Part shown: positions 1 to 7,826 of the stretch, piece by piece | Layout: each line of letters opens with the position of its first letter | How positions within the stretch are numbered: position 1 is the stretch's first letter | From: a virus | Taxonomy: Duplodnaviria > Caudoviricetes | DNA length: 57,285 nucleotides | Direction: 5' to 3' (one strand) | IMG/VR virus record: IMGVR_UViG_3300049144_000011 | Coordinates: 1 to 57,285 of that record | Notes under the pieces: generated by a model | Told to the model about the DNA's origin: nothing | The model's input: only the letters and a program-made list of their open reading frames with translations | The model's database searches: none | Program-made: the position numbers and the translations under genes

Positions 1-433
1 TCCTTCGAGCGCGTACGGGTTTAGAACGAATGAGAGGCTCCCTGAGCCCCTAGTAGCTCCCAGCCCCTCCAACTCCCCACGGAGCCCCTAAACGGCCCCC
101 AGAAGGGCTCTCAGGCCCTTTTTTGGCGCCAAGACGCCCCTCTCGCTCCCTCTGAGGTGAGAATGAATGAAAGAAGGCACCCCAACTGTGTGATCTAGGC
201 CGCAGTTTCCTTCAAATCTGTCGCAAACAGGTCCGAGTGACACCGACATCTATATTGTAGGGAGGGTTATATACCCTCCCCTTAGTGATCTTCAAGGGTG
301 TCTGGAGCCACCCCCTGAAGGGTGGCGATCTGGGGCCTCTGTCAGTGCCGAGGAATGAAAAAAATAACAGAAGCCGGCCCCCTGAAGGGCCGGCAGTGAA
401 GTGAAACAATGAAATATCTGAGCCCAGGACATG

Positions 434-464
434 AAAAGGCCCCCGACCTCAGGTCGGGGGCCTT
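434..464 (-). terminator. Intrinsic terminator of the leftward micro-ORFs; could also stop rightward transcription
   Basis: Inverted repeat AAGGCCCCCGACCT-C-AGGTCGGGGGCCTT, followed by a U-run on the minus strand. Confidence 0.75.
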
Positions 465-471
465 CCCTTGC

Positions 472-630
472 TTACCTTGCCGAGGTGCCGTTCACCTTCC
501 GGCCGACGCCTCGGCTGTAGACGCGGTCTCGGTCGAACTCCCGGCCGCATCCTTCCCTCATGCACTTCCAGACCTTCGTTCCCAGGCCCGTGGAAGTTAC
601 GTTGGGGCTACCACAACTCGGACACTCCAT
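472..630 (-). CDS. 52-aa zinc-ribbon micro-protein (below the ORF-track cutoff)
   Basis: MECPSCGSPNV...WKCMREGCGREF...; RBS AAGGAGG upstream; CxxC...CxxxxC. Confidence 0.7.
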   Translation of the reverse strand: MECPSCGSPNVTSTGLGTKVWKCMREGCGREFDRDRVYSRGVGRKVNGTSAR

Positions 631-702
631 GTCTCGCCTCCTTCGTCTTCAGGATGCCCTACAGGCGTCCGCGGAGTGGTCGTTGTAGGCCTTCTTCCCT
701 CG

Positions 703-852
703 TTAGAGGAGTGCCCCACAGTTCGCACACTTGTACCGGTCCCCGAAGGGGATCATCGTCCCACCACAGGCAGGACAGGTGAGCCCCGTGGGCTTCGAAG
801 CCCCCTTACGGGCCGGCACCTTGCTACGCTCCTTGACCGAGGTCATTGCCAT
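703..852 (-). CDS. 49-aa zinc-ribbon micro-protein (below the ORF-track cutoff)
   Basis: MAMTSVKERSK...TCPACGGTMIPFGDRYKCANCGALL; RBS AAGGAG; two CxxC motifs. Confidence 0.7.
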   Translation of the reverse strand: MAMTSVKERSKVPARKGASKPTGLTCPACGGTMIPFGDRYKCANCGALL

Positions 853-1013
853 CAACTCCTTGTGTGGCATTGATTTGGTGCTAGGACAACAACCCCTCCC
901 ACCCCCACGGGGATAGGGGCGGGAGGAGCTGGACGGAGAGACAGGGATGGGGGGAGCCCAACACCCCTGCCTCCCCTACACACCCCGACTGCACGGACAG
1001 CCAGGGTGCGGGC

Positions 1014-1259
1014 TCATGGGGCAGGGGAGTCGCCAAGGTCGGCCGGCAAGGGCACACTGAATGCTGCCTGGCCAACCACTCGATACCGTGTGTGCCCAGG
1101 GTGGATGTACACGTGCGTGTCAACGAACGCCTTCACCTGAGACGCACCCTCGGTGATCACTTCATCTTCCCGACAGTTTGCGCACTCCACCCACGTTCTA
1201 ATGGGTAGGTCGATAAGGTCCTGCGCATTGGTCAGGGTGGGATACGGGACTGAGGACAC
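1014..1259 (-). CDS. Small Cys/His protein of the type found beside Streptomyces XRE-DUF397 loci
   Basis: CANC...H...HPGHTRYR motif; start overlaps the stop of the upstream gene. Confidence 0.65.
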   Translation of the reverse strand: MSSVPYPTLTNAQDLIDLPIRTWVECANCREDEVITEGASQVKAFVDTHVYIHPGHTRYRVVGQAAFSVPLPADLGDSPAP

Positions 1260-1495
1260 TACTGACCCCCATTGCGTGAGCGCTCGTTCTTGGCAGCGAC
1301 AGAAGCTCTCATCCGCTCACTGTCCGACGCTTCACGGACGTACTGCCTCTCCACCACCCACTCACGCCCACCTCCGAGGGGGCGCAGGTACACGGTCTCT
1401 ACGCGCAGGTCACGGAACTCCCCAACGCGGTCATGAAGCGTGTCCACCATGGGTGTCCCGACTGCTGGCAACTCACCTGCTTCAGGGCGTGACAT
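1259..1495 (-). CDS. Small hypothetical protein divergent from the XRE regulator
   Basis: RBS AGGAGG before ATG at 1495; VYLRPLGGGREW motif typical of small Streptomyces proteins next to XRE/DUF397 pairs. Confidence 0.7.
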   Translation of the reverse strand: MSRPEAGELPAVGTPMVDTLHDRVGEFRDLRVETVYLRPLGGGREWVVERQYVREASDSERMRASVAAKNERSRNGGQ

Positions 1496-1699
1496 AGCGC
1501 CTCCTAGTCCCTGCATCTGGTCACCCATCGTGCGCGGAATGACACTGCCAGTGTGTCAAGAGCAGAGGGGGGAGTGCAACCCAACTGACAAAATCTGCAA
1601 TGTTGCAGTCGATGTGATCAGTAGGGCGGTCGACTGTGGAAAGCTGTAGCCACGCAGTGCCAAGGCAGCGAAGAATGGACCTGGTGGAGGGGGTGTGCC

Positions 1700-2548
1700 A
1701 TGGAACCGACCGTGAGAACGCGGCGCTTGGGATCCGAGCTGAGACGGGCCCGAGAAGCCGCAGGGCTGAAGCTTGACGACGTGGTGGACCGCACGTCACT
1801 GACCAAGTCGAAGATCTCGCGTGTTGAGGCTGCCTACCTTGGTATCAAGCCTGAAGACCTGAACACGTTGCTCGACCTCTACGGGGTCGGCGACGCAGAG
1901 AAACGTGATGCTCTGCATGCGTTCGCCAGGGATGGTCGCAAACGGGGCTGGTGGCAGACCTACCGTGACGTCATCTCGCCGGCATACGCAGACCTGATCA
2001 GCCTGGAGGCTGACGCAGTCAACATGCGTTCGTATCAGTCAACGCTCATTCCAGGACTGTTGCAGACCCCTGCCTACGCACGTTCGACAATCGCCGCTAT
2101 CAACATGACCAGTACACCCGACGAGGTCAACGCCCTCGTTCAGGTGCGCATGTCCCGTCAGAGTGTCCTCTCGCGCCCCGAACCGCTTCAGCTGTGGGTA
2201 GTCATACACGAGGCGGCCCTACACCCACGCGTCAAGAGCGACCCACTGATGATCAAAGAGCAGTTACAGAAGCTGCTTGACTACTCCAAGCTTCCACATG
2301 TCTCGATACAGGTGCTTCCCCTCAACGCTCCCCCTCACGTCGGGATGAGTGGTTCGTTCGGGGTATTGGGGTTCCCGGAGACGGCAGACCTTGACGTCGT
2401 CCTCGTGGAGAGTCTGACTAGCTCCCTGTACGTCGAAGATCCTGTGGAAGTCAGTCGGTACGGCAGCGCGTTTGAGCACCTGCGCGCAGCCGCACTGCCT
2501 CTTGACGAATCTGCCAGCCTGATTGAGCAACTGAAGGGCAACATCTAA
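1700..2548 (+). CDS. XRE-family HTH regulator with DUF5753 C-terminal domain (WhiJ/Scr1-like)
   Basis: RRLGSELRRARE...SKISRVE HTH; RGWWQTY; IPGLLQTPAYA; VIHEAAL; QVLP; RBS GGAGG; in-frame TTA codon at 2264. Confidence 0.93.
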   Translation: MEPTVRTRRLGSELRRAREAAGLKLDDVVDRTSLTKSKISRVEAAYLGIKPEDLNTLLDLYGVGDAEKRDALHAFARDGRKRGWWQTYRDVISPAYADLISLEADAVNMRSYQSTLIPGLLQTPAYARSTIAAINMTSTPDEVNALVQVRMSRQSVLSRPEPLQLWVVIHEAALHPRVKSDPLMIKEQLQKLLDYSKLPHVSIQVLPLNAPPHVGMSGSFGVLGFPETADLDVVLVESLTSSLYVEDPVEVSRYGSAFEHLRAAALPLDESASLIEQLKGNI

Positions 2549-2766
2549 TGGCCATCATCCGAAACGCCTCCGCTACCGGCTTCGCGTGGAAGAAGTCGAC
2601 GTACAGCGGAGGACAGAGCGACTGCATCGAGGTCGCCTACGGTGCCATCCCCACAGCTCTCCCCGTTCGTGACAGCAAGCTCCCTGCCGGCCCCGCGGTC
2701 GTCTTCGCTGGCACTACGTGGGGTGTCTTCGTCAACGCTGTAAAGCGTGGTGACCTCTCCCTGTAG
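2548..2766 (+). CDS. DUF397 protein (Scr2-like partner of the XRE protein)
   Basis: WKKSTYSGG..DCIEVA...VRDSK...W..FV signature; translationally coupled to the XRE gene. Confidence 0.93.
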   Translation: MAIIRNASATGFAWKKSTYSGGQSDCIEVAYGAIPTALPVRDSKLPAGPAVVFAGTTWGVFVNAVKRGDLSL

Positions 2767-2810
2767 GGACAGAGTCCTACGGCCCCAGGACCCCCACTGA
2801 GGCCGTAGAA

Positions 2811-2848
2811 GAGCCCCCTGACTGCCAGTAGAGTCAGGGGGCTTCTTC
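2811..2848 (+). terminator. Intrinsic terminator after DUF397
   Basis: 12-bp stem AGCCCCCTGACT/AGTCAGGGGGCT followed by TCTTC. Confidence 0.7.
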
Positions 2849-3037
2849 ATGCCTGAGGACGTTGATGCACAGGCGCCCCAGTGCCTCCGACAAGCTTGTC
2901 TGCCTGTGCCGAGGACTCGTACCGTAGAGACGTGGGCGGGTCACCCTGTCGACTCCAACAAGACGAGCCCTGTACGGCTGCTTTCCCCGTTGCAGCGGGA
3001 GCTGTGCGGGGCTCGTGCATGTGTCCAGGCACAGCAG

Positions 3038-3063
3038 AAGGCCCCCTCCGAAGAGGGGGCCTC
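3038..3063 (-). terminator. Hairpin terminator with a cUUCGg loop on the minus strand
   Basis: Minus strand reads GGCCCCCTC-TTCG-GAGGGGGCC-TTCT. Confidence 0.6.
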
Positions 3064-3181
3064 TGCCATCAAGTCCTGGCTGCCGAACTTTGCCGGAACG
3101 CAGTTCAGGGCCTTCTGGGGTTTCTCAAGGGTCTCCATCAACTGGGAGACGAAGGCATGGTAGCAAGGCCCTCCCCCTGCT

Positions 3182-3487
3182 TCACCTTGAACTGCACTCG
3201 CATCTCAGGGACCTCACTGCGATCCACTCGGCGGAGCGGGACGGGAGGCGGAGATCGCCGGCCTTGTCCATCTCGGCGTCGATCTCGGCGGCGATCTCCG
3301 CGAAGCGCTCGTCGGTGAACTCGAAACCGCGCTCTATGGCCTGGGCGAAGGAGTGGCAGCGCGCGGCGGCGGCGGCCATCGCGTTGCGCTCCGCACCGAA
3401 GGGCATCAGGTCGGCGCGGGCCCCGGCGACCATGCCGTATCCGGTGATGAGGTGGGCGGCGGAGGCGGAAATGCCGGTGGCGGTCAT
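3182..3487 (-). CDS. Hypothetical protein with strongly GC3-biased, foreign-looking codon usage
   Basis: MTATGISASAAHLITGYG...; nearly all third positions are C/G; AGAAGAGG upstream. Confidence 0.55.
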   Translation of the reverse strand: MTATGISASAAHLITGYGMVAGARADLMPFGAERNAMAAAAARCHSFAQAIERGFEFTDERFAEIAAEIDAEMDKAGDLRLPSRSAEWIAVRSLRCECSSR

Positions 3488-3521
3488 TTCGGGCCTCTTC
3501 TGGCGTGGTGGGGATGGGCAC

Positions 3522-3764
3522 TCAACCTTCTGTGGTTCCACTTTGAACCCCCTCCTTCTTCACCCGGAACTGTACGCGCATCTCAGGGATGACACCGCGG
3601 TCCTCGTGGCCGTACTGCCACGCGTACTCAAGGACGTTGGCCGCGATCATCAGGGCCCACCTGGTTGCCTTAGACTGATCCATCCCAGTCTCTCGGATCA
3701 CCTTCAGGTGCTTGTCAGACTCTTCGGTCCTCATGACGGACAGGTTCTTGACGGTTCGGCTCAC
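3522..3764 (-). CDS. Hypothetical protein (possibly a ribbon-helix-helix-like DNA-binding protein)
   Basis: GTGA-coupled to the upstream micro-ORF; strand-helix-helix-like pattern (inference). Confidence 0.6.
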   Translation of the reverse strand: MSRTVKNLSVMRTEESDKHLKVIRETGMDQSKATRWALMIAANVLEYAWQYGHEDRGVIPEMRVQFRVKKEGVQSGTTEG

Positions 3765-3874
3765 TTGCCCTGCCCTCCCTTGCCGGCCAGCACCAGGAGG
3801 GCCCGGTTGAGAGTTGGCTCCGGGAGGGTCGGAGCCTGGTCACACCACTTCTTGATCCACTCTGCCCTGGACAT
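3761..3874 (-). CDS. 37-aa putative recombination directionality factor-like protein, copy A
   Basis: MSRAEWIKKWCDQAPTLPEPTLNRALLVLAG...; paralog of 5546-5653; adjacent to the integrase. Confidence 0.55.
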   Translation of the reverse strand: MSRAEWIKKWCDQAPTLPEPTLNRALLVLAGKGGQGK

Positions 3875-3933
3875 AGTCCCTGGTCACGCCCCTTTGAGTC
3901 TGGTGCGTTTCGCACTCCTTCTCCCAGGAGAAC

Positions 3934-3987
3934 GCACACGAGAAGCACTAACTAGGCCTATGATGCCTGAAGGCACACCTCGTGTGC
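3934..3987. other. Candidate attP
   Basis: 54-bp non-coding segment just upstream of int, bounded by a perfect 9-bp inverted repeat GCACACGAG/CTCGTGTGC. Confidence 0.4.
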
Positions 3988-4008
3988 AACCACATCGGGA
4001 GGGGAGAC

Positions 4009-5499
4009 ATGGGGGACGCACGTCCGCTCGCTGGGTATCTGCGTATGTCTGACGCAGACTTGGCAGAGATCAAGCACCTGGTCAAGATCGGGGTACTCAC
4101 CCCCGAGGAAGCCAAAGAGCGAGAGAGGAAGGGTGTCCTCAAGCAGAAGGAGGACATCGTCAAGCTTCGGGACAACCTCTACCCAGGTCGACCGGTCGTC
4201 TGGTACGAGGACAACAACCTCTCCGCCTTCAAGCGCAACGTCAAGCGCAAGGACTTCGAGCGGATGGTTAAGGACCTTGCGGTCCCCGCCATCGGTGGCA
4301 TCCTCGCCTACGACATTGACCGAGTCTACCGGCAACCAAGGGACCTTGAGCGGGTCATTGACTGCTACGACAAGCCCGGCTGCACCCTCGTCTTTCATAC
4401 CCTCTCCGGACAGAACTTCGATCTGACGACTGCTGACGGTCGCTTCTCCGCCCGGATCATGGTCAGCGTTGCCAACAAGTCTTCTGAGGACATGTCCCGG
4501 CGCCTCAAGCGCGAGATGGAGCGCAAGGCCATGGCCGGCGAGACCCCTACGGGGGTCGCTCCCTTCGGCTGGAACCAGGACGGGACGCTGAACCTCAAGG
4601 AGGTCAAGGCTCTTGACGAAATGGGGGACATGATCCTTGCTGGGGACTCTGTCACCACCTGTATGGACTGGCTGAAGGACCAAGGCTTTGTTGGCCGAAA
4701 AGGAACCCCCTTCATCAGGTCCAGTGTCCTACGCATCCTCGTCAACCCTCGCAACGCTGGGATCCGAGTCTTCCGCGGGGAGCCTCTGAAGGATGCGAGC
4801 GGGGACTACGTCATGGGCCCCTGGGAGAAGGCTCCGTGGACCATAGACAGGTGGCGTGCGGTCAAGAAGGTCATTGAGGGCCGTGCGCAGGCCAACCGCG
4901 CCAAGTCCGGACCTCCCGGAAACACTGTCCGAAGCATCCTGTCTGGGATCCTCCGCTGTGGTGAGTGTGGAACCAGGATGGTCGCTGCCAACTCCTCCCG
5001 GAAGTACCCCAAGTACCGATGTGCCAAGGACGCAGGAGGCTGCGGGAACATCACCATCAGCCGGCCACACGCTGAAGACGCCATACGCGGCCTGGTCTCC
5101 GATGTCCTGATGGCAGCCTCGGCACAGAAAGAGACTGAGGAGGTTGGGCCCAAGTGGGAGAAGGCTGGCGAACTAGCAGCCCTGGAAGCGGAGTTCGCAG
5201 AGCTTCAGCGGATGTGGAAGGCCAATGAGATCAAGACGACCTCATACGTCATCGGCCGAGAGAAGCTCGAAGGGGAGATTGACCAGCTCCGGGGCGAGAA
5301 GGCCGTAGCCCTCGCTCGTCCCGTCAAGGCCCCGACCCTCGAAGTCATCAAGGATGGCTGGGAGAAGCTCTCAATCGAGCGACAGCGGGAAGTGATCATG
5401 AGTGTTCTTGCGGCTGTCATGGTGGCTAAGGGGAAAGGCAAGCAGAGAGCTGGGGGCATCGACCACAGTCGGCTCACACCAGTCTTCAAGCAGGGATAG
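4009..5499 (+). CDS. int: Large serine integrase
   Basis: YLRMS catalytic Ser; DRVYR; recombinase domain; Zn ribbon CGECG...C...C; coiled coil; RBS GGAGGGGAG before ATG at 4009. Confidence 0.95.
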   Translation: MGDARPLAGYLRMSDADLAEIKHLVKIGVLTPEEAKERERKGVLKQKEDIVKLRDNLYPGRPVVWYEDNNLSAFKRNVKRKDFERMVKDLAVPAIGGILAYDIDRVYRQPRDLERVIDCYDKPGCTLVFHTLSGQNFDLTTADGRFSARIMVSVANKSSEDMSRRLKREMERKAMAGETPTGVAPFGWNQDGTLNLKEVKALDEMGDMILAGDSVTTCMDWLKDQGFVGRKGTPFIRSSVLRILVNPRNAGIRVFRGEPLKDASGDYVMGPWEKAPWTIDRWRAVKKVIEGRAQANRAKSGPPGNTVRSILSGILRCGECGTRMVAANSSRKYPKYRCAKDAGGCGNITISRPHAEDAIRGLVSDVLMAASAQKETEEVGPKWEKAGELAALEAEFAELQRMWKANEIKTTSYVIGREKLEGEIDQLRGEKAVALARPVKAPTLEVIKDGWEKLSIERQREVIMSVLAAVMVAKGKGKQRAGGIDHSRLTPVFKQG

Positions 5500-5505
5500 C
5501 AGTCA

Positions 5506-5532
5506 GCCCCTCTCCCCATTGGGGAGAGGGGC
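5506..5532. terminator. Hairpin between the convergent integrase and leftward operon
   Basis: GCCCCTCTCCCC-ATT-GGGGAGAGGGGC. Confidence 0.75.
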
Positions 5533-5545
5533 CTTCTCAACATGC

Positions 5546-5653
5546 TTACTTCTTGATCTTTACACCAAACTGAGCAAGGGCACGAGCCAGAACCTCATCC
5601 GACAGAGCCGGGGCCTGACTTGAGTGCTTCTTGATCCACTCCTCTCGGCTCAC
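5546..5653 (-). CDS. 35-aa putative recombination directionality factor-like protein, copy B
   Basis: MSREEWIKKHSSQAPALSDEVLARALAQFGVKIKK; GTGA-coupled last gene of the leftward operon; paralog of 3761-3874. Confidence 0.55.
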   Translation of the reverse strand: MSREEWIKKHSSQAPALSDEVLARALAQFGVKIKK

Positions 5654-5910
5654 TCAGCCCTCCAAGGAAGCTCCTTGACCGGCGTACATGCCTCAACTCG
5701 ATAGAGCAGCTTCCATCCGTCGTCGGTCAGCTCGTACAGCTCCCCGCCTCGGGCCTGTTGGTGGTAGGACTCATATGCAATGGCGAGCTTGGCCAGGCCG
5801 ATGTGCGCGTGGCACTTCACGGCCGGCCTACGATCCGGAATGATCGTGGCGTACGGTTCAGCCTTCAGCTTCGAGCGGTGCTCAGCGCACATCGCCTCCA
5901 TCGAGGTCAT
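5650..5910 (-). CDS. Hypothetical protein
   Basis: Coupled ORF in a tightly packed leftward operon; RBS GGAGG. Confidence 0.65.
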   Translation of the reverse strand: MTSMEAMCAEHRSKLKAEPYATIIPDRRPAVKCHAHIGLAKLAIAYESYHQQARGGELYELTDDGWKLLYRVEACTPVKELPWRAE

Positions 5911-6218
5911 TTCCCCTCCCCTGCCGTGTACCAGCACCGAAGGAAGAAGTCGACTTCTTCCCCGTAGTGGTCCAGCCCGTCTTCCTCGCCGTTCTCAAGG
6001 TTCTTGTGAATGTCGTAGTCCAGCTCAGCTACGTACATGCGAAGAGCCGACTCCAGCCGGCTAGGGTCAAGCTCTCGTCGAATATTCGCCTTGACCAAGA
6101 GTTCATGGTTCGTCTTGTACATAACTAGGGTGTCTTCGAGGTCTACGATCCGTTCAGCCATCTGGTGGGTGAACATGTGGAGCACTAGTTGTGTGATTCG
6201 TTCTTCTCGGTCGCTCAC
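5907..6218 (-). CDS. Hypothetical protein
   Basis: GTG start overlapping the upstream stop; MSDREERITQLVLHMF... Confidence 0.65.
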   Translation of the reverse strand: MSDREERITQLVLHMFTHQMAERIVDLEDTLVMYKTNHELLVKANIRRELDPSRLESALRMYVAELDYDIHKNLENGEEDGLDHYGEEVDFFLRCWYTAGEGK

Positions 6219-6577
6219 TCGATCACCTTCACGGGGATACCAGCCTTCTTGCACTCGTTGACACAGTTCCAGGTGCCCCGGGACTCCCCGAGGGGGAAGG
6301 CCAAGCAGAGATCTGCGCCGGCCTGAGCCATCTCCCGGTTTCGGATAGGGCCCGCAGCCTTTCCATGTTGATCCCAGTCCGCGGGGTGCTTGATCTCGAA
6401 GACATCTGCCTGACCAAACCCGCACCAAATACTTGCGAACCGGTCAGCCCCCGTTGGGCAGTCACCGTGTCGAACAAAAAAGGGACCTGCATTGTCATGC
6501 CACAGGTCCCACAGTTCATCGAACACGATGTTCTCGTCGTTCTTATCCCGGCTACCGGTCACAATGACTGTGAACAT
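6215..6577 (-). CDS. SLOG-family (DUF2493/YspA-like) protein
   Basis: VIVTGSR; HGDCPTGAD; HPADW..GKAAGPIRN; SRGT. Confidence 0.85.
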   Translation of the reverse strand: MFTVIVTGSRDKNDENIVFDELWDLWHDNAGPFFVRHGDCPTGADRFASIWCGFGQADVFEIKHPADWDQHGKAAGPIRNREMAQAGADLCLAFPLGESRGTWNCVNECKKAGIPVKVIE

Positions 6578-6984
6578 CAGAGAATCACCTTGTGGATTCC
6601 GAGGGCGTCAGCCCAGACGACCTTCACAACGCCCGAGGACCGAATCAGCTTCGTGCAGTCCTTACAGGGCTTCCGGGTCACATAGAGCGTTGAGCCCTGG
6701 CAGTCCTCCCAGGACGCATATAGGAGAGCGTTGGCCTCTGCGTGGACCTCAATACAGTCCTCATAACCCGTCCCGGACGGGACTTCAGACGCACACCGTG
6801 CGCACTCACCACGGCTGCAAGACGGGCCTCCCGGATACGAGCCGTTGTAGCCTGTGGATCGAATCCGAAGATCCGATCCCACGAGTACGGCACCGACCCG
6901 GCAACGGAGGCAATCGCCTCGCGCTGCCACGGCGTCAGCGATACCGAGGAAATAGGTAGTCCAGTCTGGTCGTACATGCGTCAC
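6577..6984 (-). CDS. dCMP deaminase family protein
   Basis: TGYNG; HAEANA; PCxxC zinc motifs. Confidence 0.92.
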   Translation of the reverse strand: MTHVRPDWTTYFLGIADAVAARGDCLRCRVGAVLVGSDLRIRSTGYNGSYPGGPSCSRGECARCASEVPSGTGYEDCIEVHAEANALLYASWEDCQGSTLYVTRKPCKDCTKLIRSSGVVKVVWADALGIHKVIL

Positions 6985-7208
6985 TCGCCCTCCCCAAAGT
7001 CGAAGACCGTCTCTTCCCGGACAACACGGATCCGATAACGTCCTCCGTGCTTGAGAACATCTCGCTTACCTACGAGATGCGCGTTTTCCATGAGGGTTTT
7101 TTCGCTCTGGAACTTACGCCGGTAGAGACGAGCCTTCTCATGCCAGAAGGATTCATTGCCGAGGTCAACGAACTGCTCCACAAGCCAGTACTCGAAGTTG
7201 TCGTTCAT
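6981..7208 (-). CDS. Hypothetical protein
   Basis: Overlapping start/stop coupling on both sides. Confidence 0.65.
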   Translation of the reverse strand: MNDNFEYWLVEQFVDLGNESFWHEKARLYRRKFQSEKTLMENAHLVGKRDVLKHGGRYRIRVVREETVFDFGEGE

Positions 7209-7453
7209 CCCTCACCCCCATCGACCACGTAGACACTCGAAGGAGTGGTCTCGAAATCGAAGTACTCACGGGCCATAGCCTCAGCAGTCTTACGAGGAAG
7301 ACCAGCCCTACGGGCTGTGCGGTAGATCTCCCCGCAGTGCATTGTCAGGACTCGGACGAATTCGGCTCGGTCTGCGAGCTTGTCATAAAGCTTCTCCATC
7401 TCCAGGCCAGTAGCCAGAGACTCAAACTGCTCCTTGTAGTTGTCCTCGTTCAC
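7205..7453 (-). CDS. Hypothetical protein
   Basis: Coupled ORF with RBS GAGGAG. Confidence 0.65.
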   Translation of the reverse strand: MNEDNYKEQFESLATGLEMEKLYDKLADRAEFVRVLTMHCGEIYRTARRAGLPRKTAEAMAREYFDFETTPSSVYVVDGGEG

Positions 7454-7623
7454 GCCTGCTCCTCAAAGAAGAAGATCTTGCCGTTGCTCTGTCGAGCCCA
7501 TTCCTTGAACCTGACCTCTGCTGCTTCGGTCCGAAACTTGGCAACGGGGTAGTAGGAACTTTCCTCTACCACCACAAGCCACTTTCCTTGTCGCTCGGGA
7601 ACCTCCGAGATAGCAAGCTCCAT
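7450..7623 (-). CDS. Hypothetical protein
   Basis: ATG at 7623 overlaps the upstream stop. Confidence 0.6.
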   Translation of the reverse strand: MELAISEVPERQGKWLVVVEESSYYPVAKFRTEAAEVRFKEWARQSNGKIFFFEEQA

Positions 7624-7826
7624 CAGTGCTTCTCCCCAAGCCATTTGTTGTGAAGGTCCGCAACGTGAACGGCCCAAGACTCGTCACAGAAGTCCGCAAG
7701 CTGAAGAGCACCCTCAGCCGGCGTACGGGGATCCTCAGCCAAAGTGATGCACCAGCCCCCAATCATGTCGTCAGGCTGAGCCCGCCAAGGCTTTCCCATC
7801 ATTTCCTCAGTACGTATACGGGACAT
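7623..7826 (-). CDS. Hypothetical protein
   Basis: Coupled to the polymerase stop. Confidence 0.65.
   Translation of the reverse strand: MSRIRTEEMMGKPWRAQPDDMIGGWCITLAEDPRTPAEGALQLADFCDESWAVHVADLHNKWLGEKH

Noticed and set aside
3138-3521. Arg-rich 127-aa ORF
   Set aside because: Off-frame reading of the GC3-biased gene 3182-3487; only its last ~25 codons reflect a gene remnant
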